In this document: positions 11,651-23,159 of the stretch, piece by piece | Layout of the letters: each line of letters opens with the position of its first letter | Position numbering within the stretch: position 1 is the first letter of the stretch | Position numbers and translations under genes: made by a program | Notes under the pieces: generated by a model | Seen by the model: the letters and a program-made list of their open reading frames with translations, nothing else | Told to the model about the DNA's origin: nothing | Databases searched by the model: none | From: Octopus bimaculoides | Lineage: Eukaryota | Length of the DNA stretch: 41,810 nt | NCBI RefSeq assembly: GCF_001194135.2 | Contig: NC_068982.1 | Span: 142,946,753-142,988,562, forward strand | Direction of reading: 5' to 3'

Positions 11651-12134
11651 GAGACGGGTGAATTCTATAATAATTTTGATGTGGAAAATTTTACAAGATC
11701 TAGTACCTCGTTTTGGCGTCAAAAGTTATACAAATGCCAGTATCAGACACGAATATATAGTGCCATAGGTACCGTCAACTCCATCGAAAACGAAGACCAA
11801 GTAATCCAATAGCTTGAGGTTCAAAGGCCCAAATAAACCTATGAACTGTTGATGTTCATGTCTTCGAAGAAGGAACTGGACATTCTCTTATCCACGTTAA
11901 CAGATAGAACCAAATTCCTGACATGAAGTACAGACGACGGGCGCCAATGTCAAACTCCTTCATATACCGAATGAGCCAACAATCGGGAAACAATCACATG
12001 CAATTCAGGTGATATGAAATCCTACCTCCCAGAAGAAATCTACCGCATTGGAGGGTTGAAGAAAGGGTAGAAAATGGCGGTGCTCCAGCATCACCAGAGG
12101 TACATGGCTGCAACTCATCAAAAGAAGAATAAAG
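11649..12134 (+). mobile_element. 3' end of a CR1/L2-group LINE (ORF2 C-terminus plus tail), decayed
   Basis: RRRVNSIIILMWKILQDLVPRFGVKSYTNASIRHEYIVP*VPSTPSKTKTK*SNSLRFKGPN / VDVHVF / KKELDILLSTL / RRRAPMSNSFIYR matches RRRERY..IY.WKIL..LVP...SL...GP.LFN...FK..LD..L..PDEP. It ends ggcggtgctccagcat...ggctgca...aagaataaag. Confidence 0.8.
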
Positions 12135-13002
12135 GAAATATACGCGTATAATTTGTTAAAATAGACACACATACATTCATGATAACCTTCATATCAGTGT
12201 GTGTTTTTTGCGTTTTTTAGTGTATTTGTGTTTCTCTGTGAATGTATGGGCTGGTGAGTTCCGTTTGAACACACCAGTATACACACATGCAATCATATAC
12301 AAATTATGCTAACAAATATATTTCAATCATTTTTTTCTCATGCTCCATTAAAGAACGATCTTCAACAAATATATTCCTGACAAAATTCCGAACTATTTAT
12401 GCGTTGTGTGTGCAATTATGTTCGTCATATTTGCTTTGCTGTGTGATAAATTAAATTGTAGACCTTCGCTATTTACTTGGAATATTTCCAAAAATATAGG
12501 TCTACTTCCTCCGTATTTGAACAAAGCATACACCATGTAATACAATATCACACACTCGCGCGAAAACATACAATTGATTATGTGTGTATGCATGTATGTA
12601 TATATATGTGTATGTATGTATGTATGTATATGTGTGTGTGTACGCGTACCCATTTATGTAAGGACGTGTAATGAAATCTCAATTTGTGTCTATCGTAACA
12701 ATTTTTATATGTTTGTCTCTAAAAGGTCGTAAGGAACATAGCAATAAGAATTCTCTTTCGTTTGTATGGTAATCATGTATAAAAGATAAATTATAATAAC
12801 TCTCTCTATTTCACTCTCTCTCTTTCTCTTTATATATATATGTGTGTGTATATATATATNNNNNNNNNNNNNNNNNNNNNNNNNNNNNNNNNNNNNNNNN
12901 NNNNNNNNNNNNNNNNNNNNNNNNNNNNNNNNNNNNNNNNNNNNNNNNNNNNNNNNNNNNNNNNNNNNNNNNNNNNNNNNNNNNNNNNNNNNNNNNNNNN
13001 NN

Positions 13003-13050
<48 letters not shown>

Positions 13051-13790
13051 CATACATGTGTGTGTGTGAGAGAGTTTGTATTCTTTGAAAAGGAAAAGAA
13101 AGGAAGCAAACTATTTGATATTGAAAATCGGGAGTGTTACTGTCTGTTAAGTTGGTACAGTTTGTGCTTTAGTAGAGAACAATCATATTGGACTTTAACG
13201 CCACGAAATATGATTATAGAAATTGCGTGAACAATAGGTCAGTAACTTCGCTTGATTAAATACTTTGTGGTCATGCACGGAGCTTAACTCTGAATTTGAT
13301 CTAAATGGAGATTTGTAAAGCAAGCCTCTATAAGCAAATCGACATGAAAGAAAATTTATCTACCACCCAGAATTTCTGCAAGTAATAATTTAGTGAAAAT
13401 GGTTTTATTCGCTAGATTAATTTGGTCCGAAACTTTTAAGCGTCTGTAAGGGATTGTTGTAAAAGAAGTATGTAATGTATGTGGCTTTGATGAGAATATA
13501 TTAAGTAAACAAAAAACACATGAAGAAAGTGTATTACTTGCTGAATCTTGAAAGAAAAATATTGATTTTGTCTGAGATCATTTCATTGTTTTCAGGAAAG
13601 AAGTTATGGAAGGTAGTTTTCGGTGTATTACTAGGATTCATTTTGTTTTTAACTTATTAAAATTGAATCTAAGAAAACTGATGACGGAAGCAGCAAAGAA
13701 CAGAAGAAAGTAATTAAGAATTACAAAATATTACAAAGTAACATTGTTGATAAAGCTTAATTAATATTGTAATTAGCATGATTTAATATT

Positions 13791-13999
13791 GCGGCGAGCT
13801 GGCAGAGTTGTTAGTACGCAGGGCAAAGTGCTTTCATCAGTCTTTGTATTCTTGGTTCAATTTCTTTTGAGGTCACCTTTGTTTTTCAGCCTTTCGGGGG
13901 TCGGTCAAATAAGTGGCAGTGGGGTACTGGAGTCGATGTAATCGACTCTCTCCTTCACCCGAAATTGCTAGCCCCGTGCCAAAATCTGAAACTAATATT
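13791..13999 (+). mobile_element. SINE family B, full length, alternative 3' tail
   Basis: Head gcggcgagctggcagagttgttag, B-box-like ggttcaatttc, central ctttgtttttcagcctttcgggggtcgg..aataagt, and tail gaaattgctagccccgtgccaaaatctgaaac. Confidence 0.8.
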
Positions 14000-14279
14000 G
14001 GGGTTTGGTTCAAGAAAACATCTAGTGCAAAATATAAGGATATATTACGTTAAGGGAACATTCATAAGAAACAAAAGGTATACGTTAGTGAGCTATGCGC
14101 ACCTACACGAGCGTAAATACGTGTGTATGTATGTAAGAGCCTTGTGAGCGCAGAGGTGAAACACCAGAATAGCAAGAGACACAAACACACACACACATAT
14201 ATATATATATGTGAGAGAGAGAGAGAGAGAGAGTGTGTGTGTGTATCTATACCTGTGTATTTTAGTGTCTGCCCCCCCC

Positions 14280-14470
14280 CCCCATTACCGCTCGGCAACC
14301 GCAGTTGATGCATTTAGGTCCCCGAAACCTAGCAGTTCCGCAAAAGATACCGACAGAAAAAGTACTTGCCTTAAAGCAAAATAAGTCCTAGGGTCGATTT
14401 GTTCCACTAAAACCCTTCAAGGCAGTGTTCCAGCATGGCCGCTATTAAATGACTGAAACAATTTAAAGAA
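14280..14470 (+). mobile_element. SINE family A 3' half
   Basis: aataagtcctagggtcgatttgttccactaaa...ggcagtgttccagcatggccgc...aatgactgaaacaa matches the 3' half of the other A copies. Confidence 0.8.
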
Positions 14471-14656
14471 TATCTATCTATCTATCTATCTATCTATCTA
14501 GCTATATAACTATCTATCTATCTATCTATCTATCTATGTATCTATCTCAGCAAGGTATGAATGTGTTGTAGCGAGAATCGGAAGATTACTTTTATTATAT
14601 CTTGCTACATTGGTGTTTCATCTATGCACTTAAAGGGCAATTACATACATACTATA

Positions 14657-15064
14657 GGCGCAAGGGTGACTGTGTGGTAAGAAGCTTTTTTCGCCATCAC
14701 AGGTTCCGGGTTCAGTCCTACTGCGTGGCACCATGGGCAAGTGTCTACTATAGCCTCGGGCCGACCAAAGCCTTGTGAGTGGATTTGGTAGACGGAAACT
14801 GGAAGAAACCCGTCGTGTATATGTATATGTGTGTATGTGTGTGTGTGTGCATGTGCGTGTGTATGTGTGTGCTTGTGTATCTGTATTTAGCCCCTAACCA
14901 TCGCTTGACAAGAGATGTTGCTGTGCTTACGGCCACGTAACTTAGTGGTTCGGCAAAAAGACCGATAGAACAATTATTAAGCTTACAAAGAATAAGTCAT
15001 GGGGTCGATTTGTTCGACTAAAGGCGGTGCTCCAGCATGGCTGCAGTCAAATGACTGAAACAAG
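14657..15064 (+). mobile_element. SINE family A, full length
   Basis: ggcgcaagggtgactgtgtggtaag...ggttcagtcc...gggcaagtgtc...gccgaccaaagccttgtgagtggatttggtagacggaaact...(TG)n...ggcggtgctccagcatggctgcagtcaaatgactgaaacaagt. Confidence 0.92.
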
Positions 15065-15782
15065 TGCGCGTTTTGTTTTCGGTCTACCCCTAAGATGTTG
15101 AAGTCGGTGAGTTGAAACACGATACAAAATCAGCAATATCACAGGTTAATTTGCTTTCTTTCTGTACTTGTTCTGGATTTCCAAACCTCCAGCTCGACAC
15201 TAATAGTTAAATATATCAAGAATTAAAAGTACTTATTATTGCTATTATGTTAGACTGTCGTATATTCAAATTTGGTCAAATGCGTTTTTTTTTTTTTCAA
15301 TATTGATTTTTGCTTCCAATAGCCGATTGTTTCGGTCAAACTATCGTATCTCCAGCTGCTATAGATATCAAAAAATTTCAGTGTAGTACAACGAGTTTAC
15401 TATAGAATGGTGAGACTATTATTTCGTATTTTGAAAAAGCAACGTTTTGGACTTACGACACTTTTGCATTATAGCAACGATATAGAATAGGTTTAACAAG
15501 AGATTTTCGATTCTAATCATGTATTTTATACAAAAAAAAAATTAATGCTTCTTTATTTAAATACATGCGATCCCAGCAATTCACTGAGAATTCATAAAAT
15601 TGAATAGATTTATGACTGGCTTGTAATTTACCGAACTTAAAGAGACACAAAGCAAATAGCAAAGTTTAAAAATCTAACGATTAAATATTACTTGTAATAC
15701 AATGCTTTTGAGTTTGTATCTCCTTGAAAGCCATTTTGTAGGTGTGTATGTATGTAGATATGTATGTATGTACGTATATATG

Positions 15783-16341
15783 TACAATGAAATCCGTCAG
15801 AAGGAAAATCCCGAGGACAAAGAAATAAAAACCCACAATATGGTAGAAGGCATAAACAAAAGGAATACTGATGGAATGTACCAGTGAAGACCTCAATAAA
15901 ATATAAGCACAACAGACCTGATATAATGATTTGAGATAGAGAAGAGAAAGTTATTACAGTTGTGGAAATTAGCTACCCAGCAGATGTTAACATAAAGCTG
16001 AAGATCAGTGAAAGAGTGAACACCTATGCTGAACTATTGATAAATCTGCAGTTACTCTATCCAGGTTACAAGTACAGGCTTGTACCTGTAATTACTGGGG
16101 TCCTGAGATATGTAACACACTGCCTAAATACCAATCCTGAGAAATTAGGCTTCTCAAAACCAGAAAGGAGAAAGCTAATTCTAAAACTACAAATCCAATC
16201 CATCACTTCAACTGTAAACATCTGTGAAAACTTTCCAGAAGTTTATCATTTAAATATATATGAGCATGTCTAGGTATGTTATTCTATGCATTAGAATACA
16301 TACATAGAACATACACATCTGCACATACATACATTCATACA

Positions 16342-16373
<32 letters not shown>

Positions 16374-16510
16374 AACAAAAATACCCCGTTGTTGATGTTG
16401 AAATTCCAATGAAGGAGCCTTGGATCAAGGTTAAAAACTGGTTCTTTCTCTATTGGCAAGAAATCTTCCAATAAACTAAATAATGACATACATACATACA
16501 TACATACATA
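15783..16510 (+). mobile_element. 3' end of an RLE-type (R2/R4/NeSL-like) non-LTR retrotransposon with 3' UTR and (CATA)n tail
   Basis: KEY*WNVPVKTSIKYKHNRPDIMI*DREEKVITVVEISYPADVNIKLKISERVNTYAELLINLQLLYPGYKYRLVPVITGVLRYV...KLQIQSITSTVNIC fits the PD-(D/E)xK restriction-like endonuclease pattern HNRPDI..D......E.S.P.D.N...K..EK...Y..L...P.I.G.LG. HNRPD (15908) is in frame with the ORF at 15962. Confidence 0.85.
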
Positions 16511-17381
16511 GCGGGTGAAAATGTCGATATGCTTTCGTGTAAGTGTGTATTGAATACTAATTATACTTAATAACGCATGGAAGAATACTTCCCAGCAACG
16601 TTAGAAAAACCAAATATATATCGGGTGGCAAACACAGTAGTTGAAACAATGCAGTATTCGGTTATGGATCCAATTAAATCCTGCATAGTAGTCATACGAT
16701 ATTCAGGAAAGAACTTATATATAGCTTCCACATTTTTACTTCATCGAAAATTAGACCCGAAATGAAAAGAGTAATTATTTAAATGTGATCGATACCTTTC
16801 ACAGTAATACAGGATTTTTAGCAAAGTGAATTAAAAGTAAGTGAATAACTAAAATGTCTTTGTACTCGGCAATTAATTAGATGTCGGCGACAAATAGCAA
16901 ATTCAATGAATTGATGGCCGAGTAATGTAAAGTATTTATATATCTGAATTAAGTATTTCATTTACCTATCTCAATTTCAATTGAATTTTTTAATTAAATT
17001 CATTCTAAATAATTGGCTACACATGTACAATTAATTAATTTGATAATGCCTTATTGTATTTCAATTAGCTTCACAGATTCATATTTAAATTTCTCTAATT
17101 GAACTAAGCACAATCTATTTTATCTTTTCAGCTGATATATCGAAGAATTTACAAAGATTAATATTAAATATGTAAAAATACTTAACGGTGAATCAGATTT
17201 CAAATATACTCTGCGTTGCCTTCTTAAGTATGTATCTGGCTAATTAGAAATTCTAAATTTTATGATACCTACTGAATTAATTGTATTAATGTGTATTTTC
17301 TCATAATTAGAAACACTGGAGTAGACAATTTGCGGTATTTAGTTTTATCATTTTAGGTTTTATATCAAAGTTCACGTATAC

Positions 17382-17659
17382 CAGTGGTTCTCAAAAATGG
17401 CAGTATTGCCCCCCTGGTGCGGTGGAATCTTCCAAGGGGGCGTTGAAGAAAAATGGGGCGATGATGGAGTAGCGATTCATATGAAAATTCGGGCGATAAT
17501 GGGGTGGAAATCCATGTAAAACAACAAAATAATGGCTTTGTTAATTTTATTTACTCGAGAAAGAGGTCTATGTTTTTAATAGTTAGTTGGGATGGGGACG
17601 CTAGGAATGCAGCCTGGATGTTAAGGGGGCAGCAATCCGAAAAAATTTGAGACTGACTG
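17382..17659. mobile_element. Non-autonomous hAT (Charlie-like) DNA transposon / MITE
   Basis: Left TIR cagtggttctcaa, degenerate right TIR ttgagactgactg, and an 8-bp TSD-like pair acgtatac (17374-17381) / acgtaggc (17660-17667) matching 6 of 8. Confidence 0.7.
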
Positions 17660-17679
17660 ACGTAGGCAATCAATCGTAT

Positions 17680-17821
17680 TTATTTCTTCATTGTCAACAG
17701 GGGGCTAGACGTAGAGGGGACAAAAAAGTACAAAGGGATTAATTCGGCTCCCGTGCGTAACTGGTACTTATTTAATCGAAAGGATGAAAGGTAATGTCGA
17801 CCTCGCCGGAATTTGAACTCA
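17680..17821 (-). mobile_element. SINE family B, 5'-truncated at the B-box
   Basis: Reverse complement gagttcaaattccggcgaggtcgacattacctttcatcctttcgattaaataagtaccagttacgcac... with the tail type seen at 9277 and 29490. Confidence 0.85.
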
Positions 17822-17960
17822 GAGTTCAAATTCTGCCCAAATCAACTTTCCTTTTATCTTTCCGTGTCGGTAAAGTACCAGTTGAAAACTGAACTCGATG
17901 TAATCGACTTACCTCTCCTTGGAATTGCTGGCCTTCTGCCAAAATCTGAAACCAATACTA
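17822..17960 (+). mobile_element. SINE family B, 5'-truncated at the B-box, alternative tail
   Basis: gagttcaaattctgcc...gtaccagttg...tcgatgtaatcgacttacc...gaattgctggccttctgccaaaatctgaaaccaata; tail type as at 13791. Confidence 0.8.
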
Positions 17961-17989
17961 TTATTGTTTCTTATTAACATTCTCATTAT

Positions 17990-18150
17990 GGACGCTGCGA
18001 GCTAGCATAATTGTTGTTGCACCAGGCAAAATTCTCAGCGGCATTGTTTGCGGATCTTTATATCCTCAGTTTAACTTCGGTCGGTGTCAACTTTGTATTT
18101 CATCCTTTCAGGATTAATAAAATAAAAAGCACTAGTCAAATACCGGAATT
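17990..18150 (+). mobile_element. Diverged SINE family B copy
   Basis: gcgagctagcat...gcaaaattctcagcggcatt...gtcaactttgtatttcatcctttcagga. Confidence 0.6.
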
Positions 18151-19091
18151 GCTGTTATGAAGTAAACTAAAAATGTTCGCCTTTCAAATTCATCACTTTG
18201 GTCTAGCATATCTTTGGCAGAATTCGTTCTGTACCAAGAATTCGTTACACTCTCTCTGGAATGCGAATAACTTAGGGGTCATGAAATAAATATTTCCTCT
18301 TTTCTTCTTCCCTATGAATCCCCAAAGCCCTACAGAAAGGCCATGCAAGCTGATCTTACGCTTTTATTCAAACCATTAAATGATTATCCACTGGAGTGGT
18401 TCACCTTTGCACTTCTTATCTTAAAATAGAACAAATCATAATTTTCATTGCAAATTATGACTCAGTTTCATTACACACGCATTAATAGAAAGCAATATAA
18501 ATGCATATGAATGACGGAAAAGCAAAAGTAATTAGTTTTCTTTTTTTATATTTTATACCTTATTTATATCTTATTTTCTTAAACTGTCAATAATTTGGAT
18601 AAATGTAAACAACGCAATCTGTAGAAACACAAAACAACCTCTAACTTAGAAAACTGGTTTGGATATAATCAAACACGAATTTACTCCAATAACTACAATA
18701 CATATAAGCTGATACACAAAATAGAATATATATAGCAATGCAAAAAAGATGGCTGCTGATACGCAACTTTAATTATATTCCTCCAGTATTTTCTCGGAGA
18801 AGTCAGTTGAGGAAGTTTATTAATTTTATTGCTTTTGTAAAAATTGTTTTGTTTTTATTACAAAATTTTAACCAATTTATTCATAAAACAGTAATATTTG
18901 TCAGGACCTTTCTGGGATCAGAAACAGTTTACATAGAGTGATTAAGTTTTGAAACAACATGTTTATATCGGAATTCTCCATGGTTTTGATTTGTGTGCGT
19001 GCTCACAGACACACACACACTCACACGACCAGCATACACAAACATACCCAGATATATGTGTGTACATATATGCATCTGTATATACACAGTG

Positions 19092-19339
19092 TGTATATAT
19101 ATTCATATATATGTCTATACATGTATATATATGCATTACACATATATATGTATATAATATATACACGCATATGCACATAGATATATATGCATATTTAAAC
19201 ACGAATACGCNNNNNNNNNNTGTATATATATTCATATATATGTCTATACATGTATATATATGCATTACACATATATATGTATATAATATATACACGCATA
19301 TGCACATAGATATATATGCATATTTAAACACGAATACGC
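19092..19339. repeat. 119-bp duplication (19092-19210 = 19221-19339) across a 10-N gap; probable assembly artefact
   Basis: Identical copies directly flank gap 19211-19220. Confidence 0.9.
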
Positions 19340-19542
19340 ATACAAGCACACACACACACGCACACGCACACGCACATACACCCTTCACATACTTACATTT
19401 CATGATATCTAAGCAGGCAAAGAGATCACACTGTGTGTGTGTGCGTGCGCATGTGTGTGTTTGTGTGTGTGTGTGTGTATGCGTGCGTGCGCGCGTGGAG
19501 GGGGAGAGAGGCAAGCAGAGAGACAGACAGGTCGACCAAAAC

Positions 19543-19576
<34 letters not shown>

Positions 19577-19799
19577 TTTGAAGCTGAAGAAACGGTATCG
19601 TATATCGATTCCAGGACAGCTTAATGAGACATTGTTGATAAAATATTGCATATATANNNNNNNNNNATATATATATATATATATAAAGTATATATAATAT
19701 TATATATATGTGAGTGTGTGTGTGTGTGTGAACAAAGAGAATCAAAGAGGACTCTAAAGTAATAAGATCGATAAAAATAACATTGAGCATGCCGTTAGA

Positions 19800-20661
19800 A
19801 GTTGGGGATTCAGCATTTCAGACAGATTTCTTTCTGAACGAAAATTAAGACGGGGAAAAATAAGTACGAGGCAGCAGAGTTTAACAAAAAAAAATGCCTG
19901 CAACTGATAAGGAACGCAGGGCTACGTAAGCTTCATACTTGAAAGCGAAGTGGCAGGCGAAACGGTGTCAGAAGGAAGGAAGAGTAAATAATAGAATGAG
20001 GAGAAAAAAGGCAAAGTCGAGAGTGAGGTGAAGGCGAAATTGGAGGTGAGAGGGGAGTTGAAGGATAAGAAAGTGTTTAAGGAACTAAGAAGAGTAGATG
20101 TCAAAAGGTTCAAGTTCGAATATGAAGCTTTGTTCTCCCCGTCTCCTTGAGAATGTGAGCCCTGGTGTGTGGCGATGCCGCTCATGATAATTGAGTATTG
20201 GAATAGTCTATAGTGTTGAAGTGGGTGGCGACAAGATAGCCTGGCATGTATGGCTGTATACTTCAAATATACACCCGAAAGTGATCAGCAAGACGTCGGT
20301 TTGTTTCCTCAATGTAAAGGGTAATACTAAGTTTCCATATGAGGCAATATATAACTCAAAACGATGTCTGTGTTTGTCCTCCAATATTGATTTATAACCA
20401 AGGCGCAAAATTTGGGGGGAAGACATTTTTAGATCGACGCCAGTACGCAACTGGTACTTATTTTATCGATCCCGAAAGGATGAAAGGCAAAATTGACCTC
20501 GACGGAATTTGAACGCAGAACGTAAAGACAGACGCAACGAAAATTTTAGAAAAATAAATAAGTACATGAGTGGAAATTTTACCGGAGAGTGTGTTGAATT
20601 ATGAGGCACTAAAAGAGAATGACTCCCCAGGCATAACAGGATATGCTTCAATACAGGAACT
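19800..20661 (-). mobile_element. Penelope-like element 3' fragment with decayed GIY-YIG endonuclease, interrupted by a SINE
   Basis: One minus frame over about 20190-20370 reads TQTSF*VIYCLIWKLSITLYIEETNRRLADHFRVYI*SIQPYMPGYLVATHFNTIDYSNTQLS*, then after a shift RRGEQSFIFELEPF. This matches FTC.S.NVIYCI.C..C..LYIGET.RRL.DRF.EH...I...PVA.HFN...HS...EQ..IF.L. A pyrimidine-rich tail runs to about 19800, and the segment at 20545-20661 is a tentative continuation. Confidence 0.75.
20402..20535 (-). mobile_element. SINE family B inserted into the Penelope-like element
   Basis: Plus strand gcaactggtacttattttatcgatcccgaaaggatgaaaggcaaaattgacctcgacggaatttgaacgcagaacgtaaagacagacg is the reverse complement of the B core and B-box. 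Confidence 0.88.
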
Positions 20662-21043
20662 NNNNNNNNNNNNNNNNNNNNNNNNNNNNNNNNNNNNNNN
20701 NNNNNNNNNNNNNNNNNNNNNNNNNNNNNNNNNNNNNNNNNNNNNNNNNNNNNNNNNNNNNNNNNNNNNNNNNNNNNNNNNNNNNNNNNNNNNNNNNNNN
20801 NNNNNNNNNNNNNNNNNNNNNNNNNNNNNNNNNNNNNNNNNNNNNNNNNNNNNNNNNNNNNNNNNNNNNNNNNNNNNNNNNNNNNNNNNNNNNNNNNNNN
20901 NNNNNNNNNNNNNNNNNNNNNNNNNNNNNNNNNNNNNNNNNNNNNNNNNNNNNNNNNNNNNNNNNNNNNNNNNNNNNNNNNNNNNNNNNNNNNNNNNNNN
21001 NNNNNNNNNNNNNNNNNNNNNNNNNNNNNNNNNNNNNNNNNNN

Positions 21044-21074
<31 letters not shown>

Positions 21075-21609
21075 TTGTATATATGCATACTAGCGTAAAT
21101 CTTGCATGTATATCTATTGCAAGCTTGTATAGATATGATATCAACATTGAAAATAATTTGCCTGAACCATCTTATGTATCTAGTACATGATATTAAAATA
21201 TGGATGCAGGTGTCATTTGAGAATTATTGAAAAAACTTTCATGAATCTTTCACTAATACTCTGTGCGGTGTCTCCTACATAAGTTACAATGAAATATTCA
21301 GCTATCTTAAAACCCTTACGATACAGTTTTACTTTCGATTTTGGTATTTGGGTTTGTGCCATACATCTCTCAATTCTATTTACAGATTATCTTGTCAAGA
21401 GGGTAGGATTTATAGATGATCGATGATAGGGATCTAGATTTCGTTTTCTGTGATTTAAAAATTGAGAATAGATTCTCAGTGGATTTTACTAAATCTTTTA
21501 GCAAATTCACTTTATATATGATAACTATAAAAAGTATAAACTTACAACTGTACAGAGGCGTGTAACGTGCATATTGCATATATGCATGCTAGCGTAAATT
21601 TTGTACATA

Positions 21610-21747
<138 letters not shown>

Positions 21748-22699
21748 GGGGGGTGTTGGGGGGGTAGTGTGTTTGCGTATTTGTCTAAGAGTCTCTGGCT
21801 GCCGTTCATGAAAATGTGGGCTTCCATGTGTGTACAATACAATGTCTTCTTTGCGCCTATACATTTATACGCCACCATGTTTGAGTACACGAACATAGCC
21901 GCATTTGGAGTTATTCATACGTGCTTGCGTACATTGATAAATGATGCTTTCTCTGTTTGGATTTGAATATTCCTAACTGAACATTTGATCTATGCACTTG
22001 TGTGTCAGTGGGCAAATATTTCAGTAAGAAACTATGAAAATGCTGATTGCTCTCTCAAGCAAGTTTGTTTACTCCACGATTATTGATCAAAATTTTGTTA
22101 AAAACAACCAAAATTGTTTTTCAAAATGTAAACGCAAGAATTGATTAACGAGCAAAAACGACCACAAAATATATCTGAAATTTATTTATCTACTGCAGTT
22201 TCATTTTCTTTCTAATGGATAATGCTATATGTTATCAGGGTAAATGATGTCAGCAGGCAGTCATGGAATATTGATATTGAATTTACCTATTATATGATAA
22301 ATATAGTGTATCCAATAATATGCAATGATATTCATATTAAAAGTATTTGATACTCTATTTCTTTTTTCATATTATAGAAAAGATAAAATTATTTAAGCAT
22401 TAGTGACCATATATATATATACACTGTATATACATACGTGTGTGTTTGTGTGTGTGAATGTATATAGATATAAAATTATACATATATATTAAAATTAATG
22501 AAAGGCAAATATAAGTATGTCTACCTGCTGGAAATAACAGTCAAAACTCTTATTTAAATCGCCGAAATACACTGATAATAACTACAGTAATCAACCTTAT
22601 AAAGGTAAACGTGCTAAGACAATCTCTCAGCATACATTCAAATATTTGGATTCACGTGGACCAGTTTCTCGACTGCCATAATAGCTTCACCTACCACAC

Positions 22700-22795
22700 C
22701 ACCTGTTACCATGATAGAGCGCCCCAACCCGCCGTGTTCAAATCTGCGTGGCAACTAATTCGTTTGGCGCCGAATTCATGGCCGCCACCTGTGTG
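22700..22795. promoter_or_regulatory. Short CpG-rich island with RFX-half-site, YY1-core and E-box-like motifs; regulatory element or small exon
   Basis: 8 CpG in 22720-22784 against an AT-rich background. Motifs: GTTACCATG (22705), CGTGGCAAC (22747), ATGGCCGCC (22778), CACCTG (22786). No functional evidence. Confidence 0.25.
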
Positions 22796-23042
22796 AAAAT
22801 AATTTCAATACGAAGCAAATATTTCACGACAAATATAATTCACGAAAAAATAATTTGCGGAGATATCATTGACTCTATTATTATCTAGTGGAACAATTTA
22901 AATATGATAATAACAGAATCAATAGCATAGGCTATTGCATGTCCACCCAGAAGGATTAAAGAGCAGAAGGATTACAATTGTGTATGTATGTATGTATATG
23001 TATATGTATATACGTATATATATGTGTATATGTATATATATT

Positions 23043-23142
<100 letters not shown>

Positions 23143-23159
23143 GACAGAATGAGATAACA

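Noticed and set aside
12458-12505. Nested hairpin gtagacct...ttggaa-tat-ttccaa...aggtctac as a pre-miRNA
   Set aside because: 3-nt loop, asymmetric bulges and too short a duplex.
13580-21420. Two 17-nt AG...GT micro-exon candidates (about 13596-13612 and about 21385-21401)
   Set aside because: Weak donors (GTAGTT, GTAGGA); expected by chance at this length.
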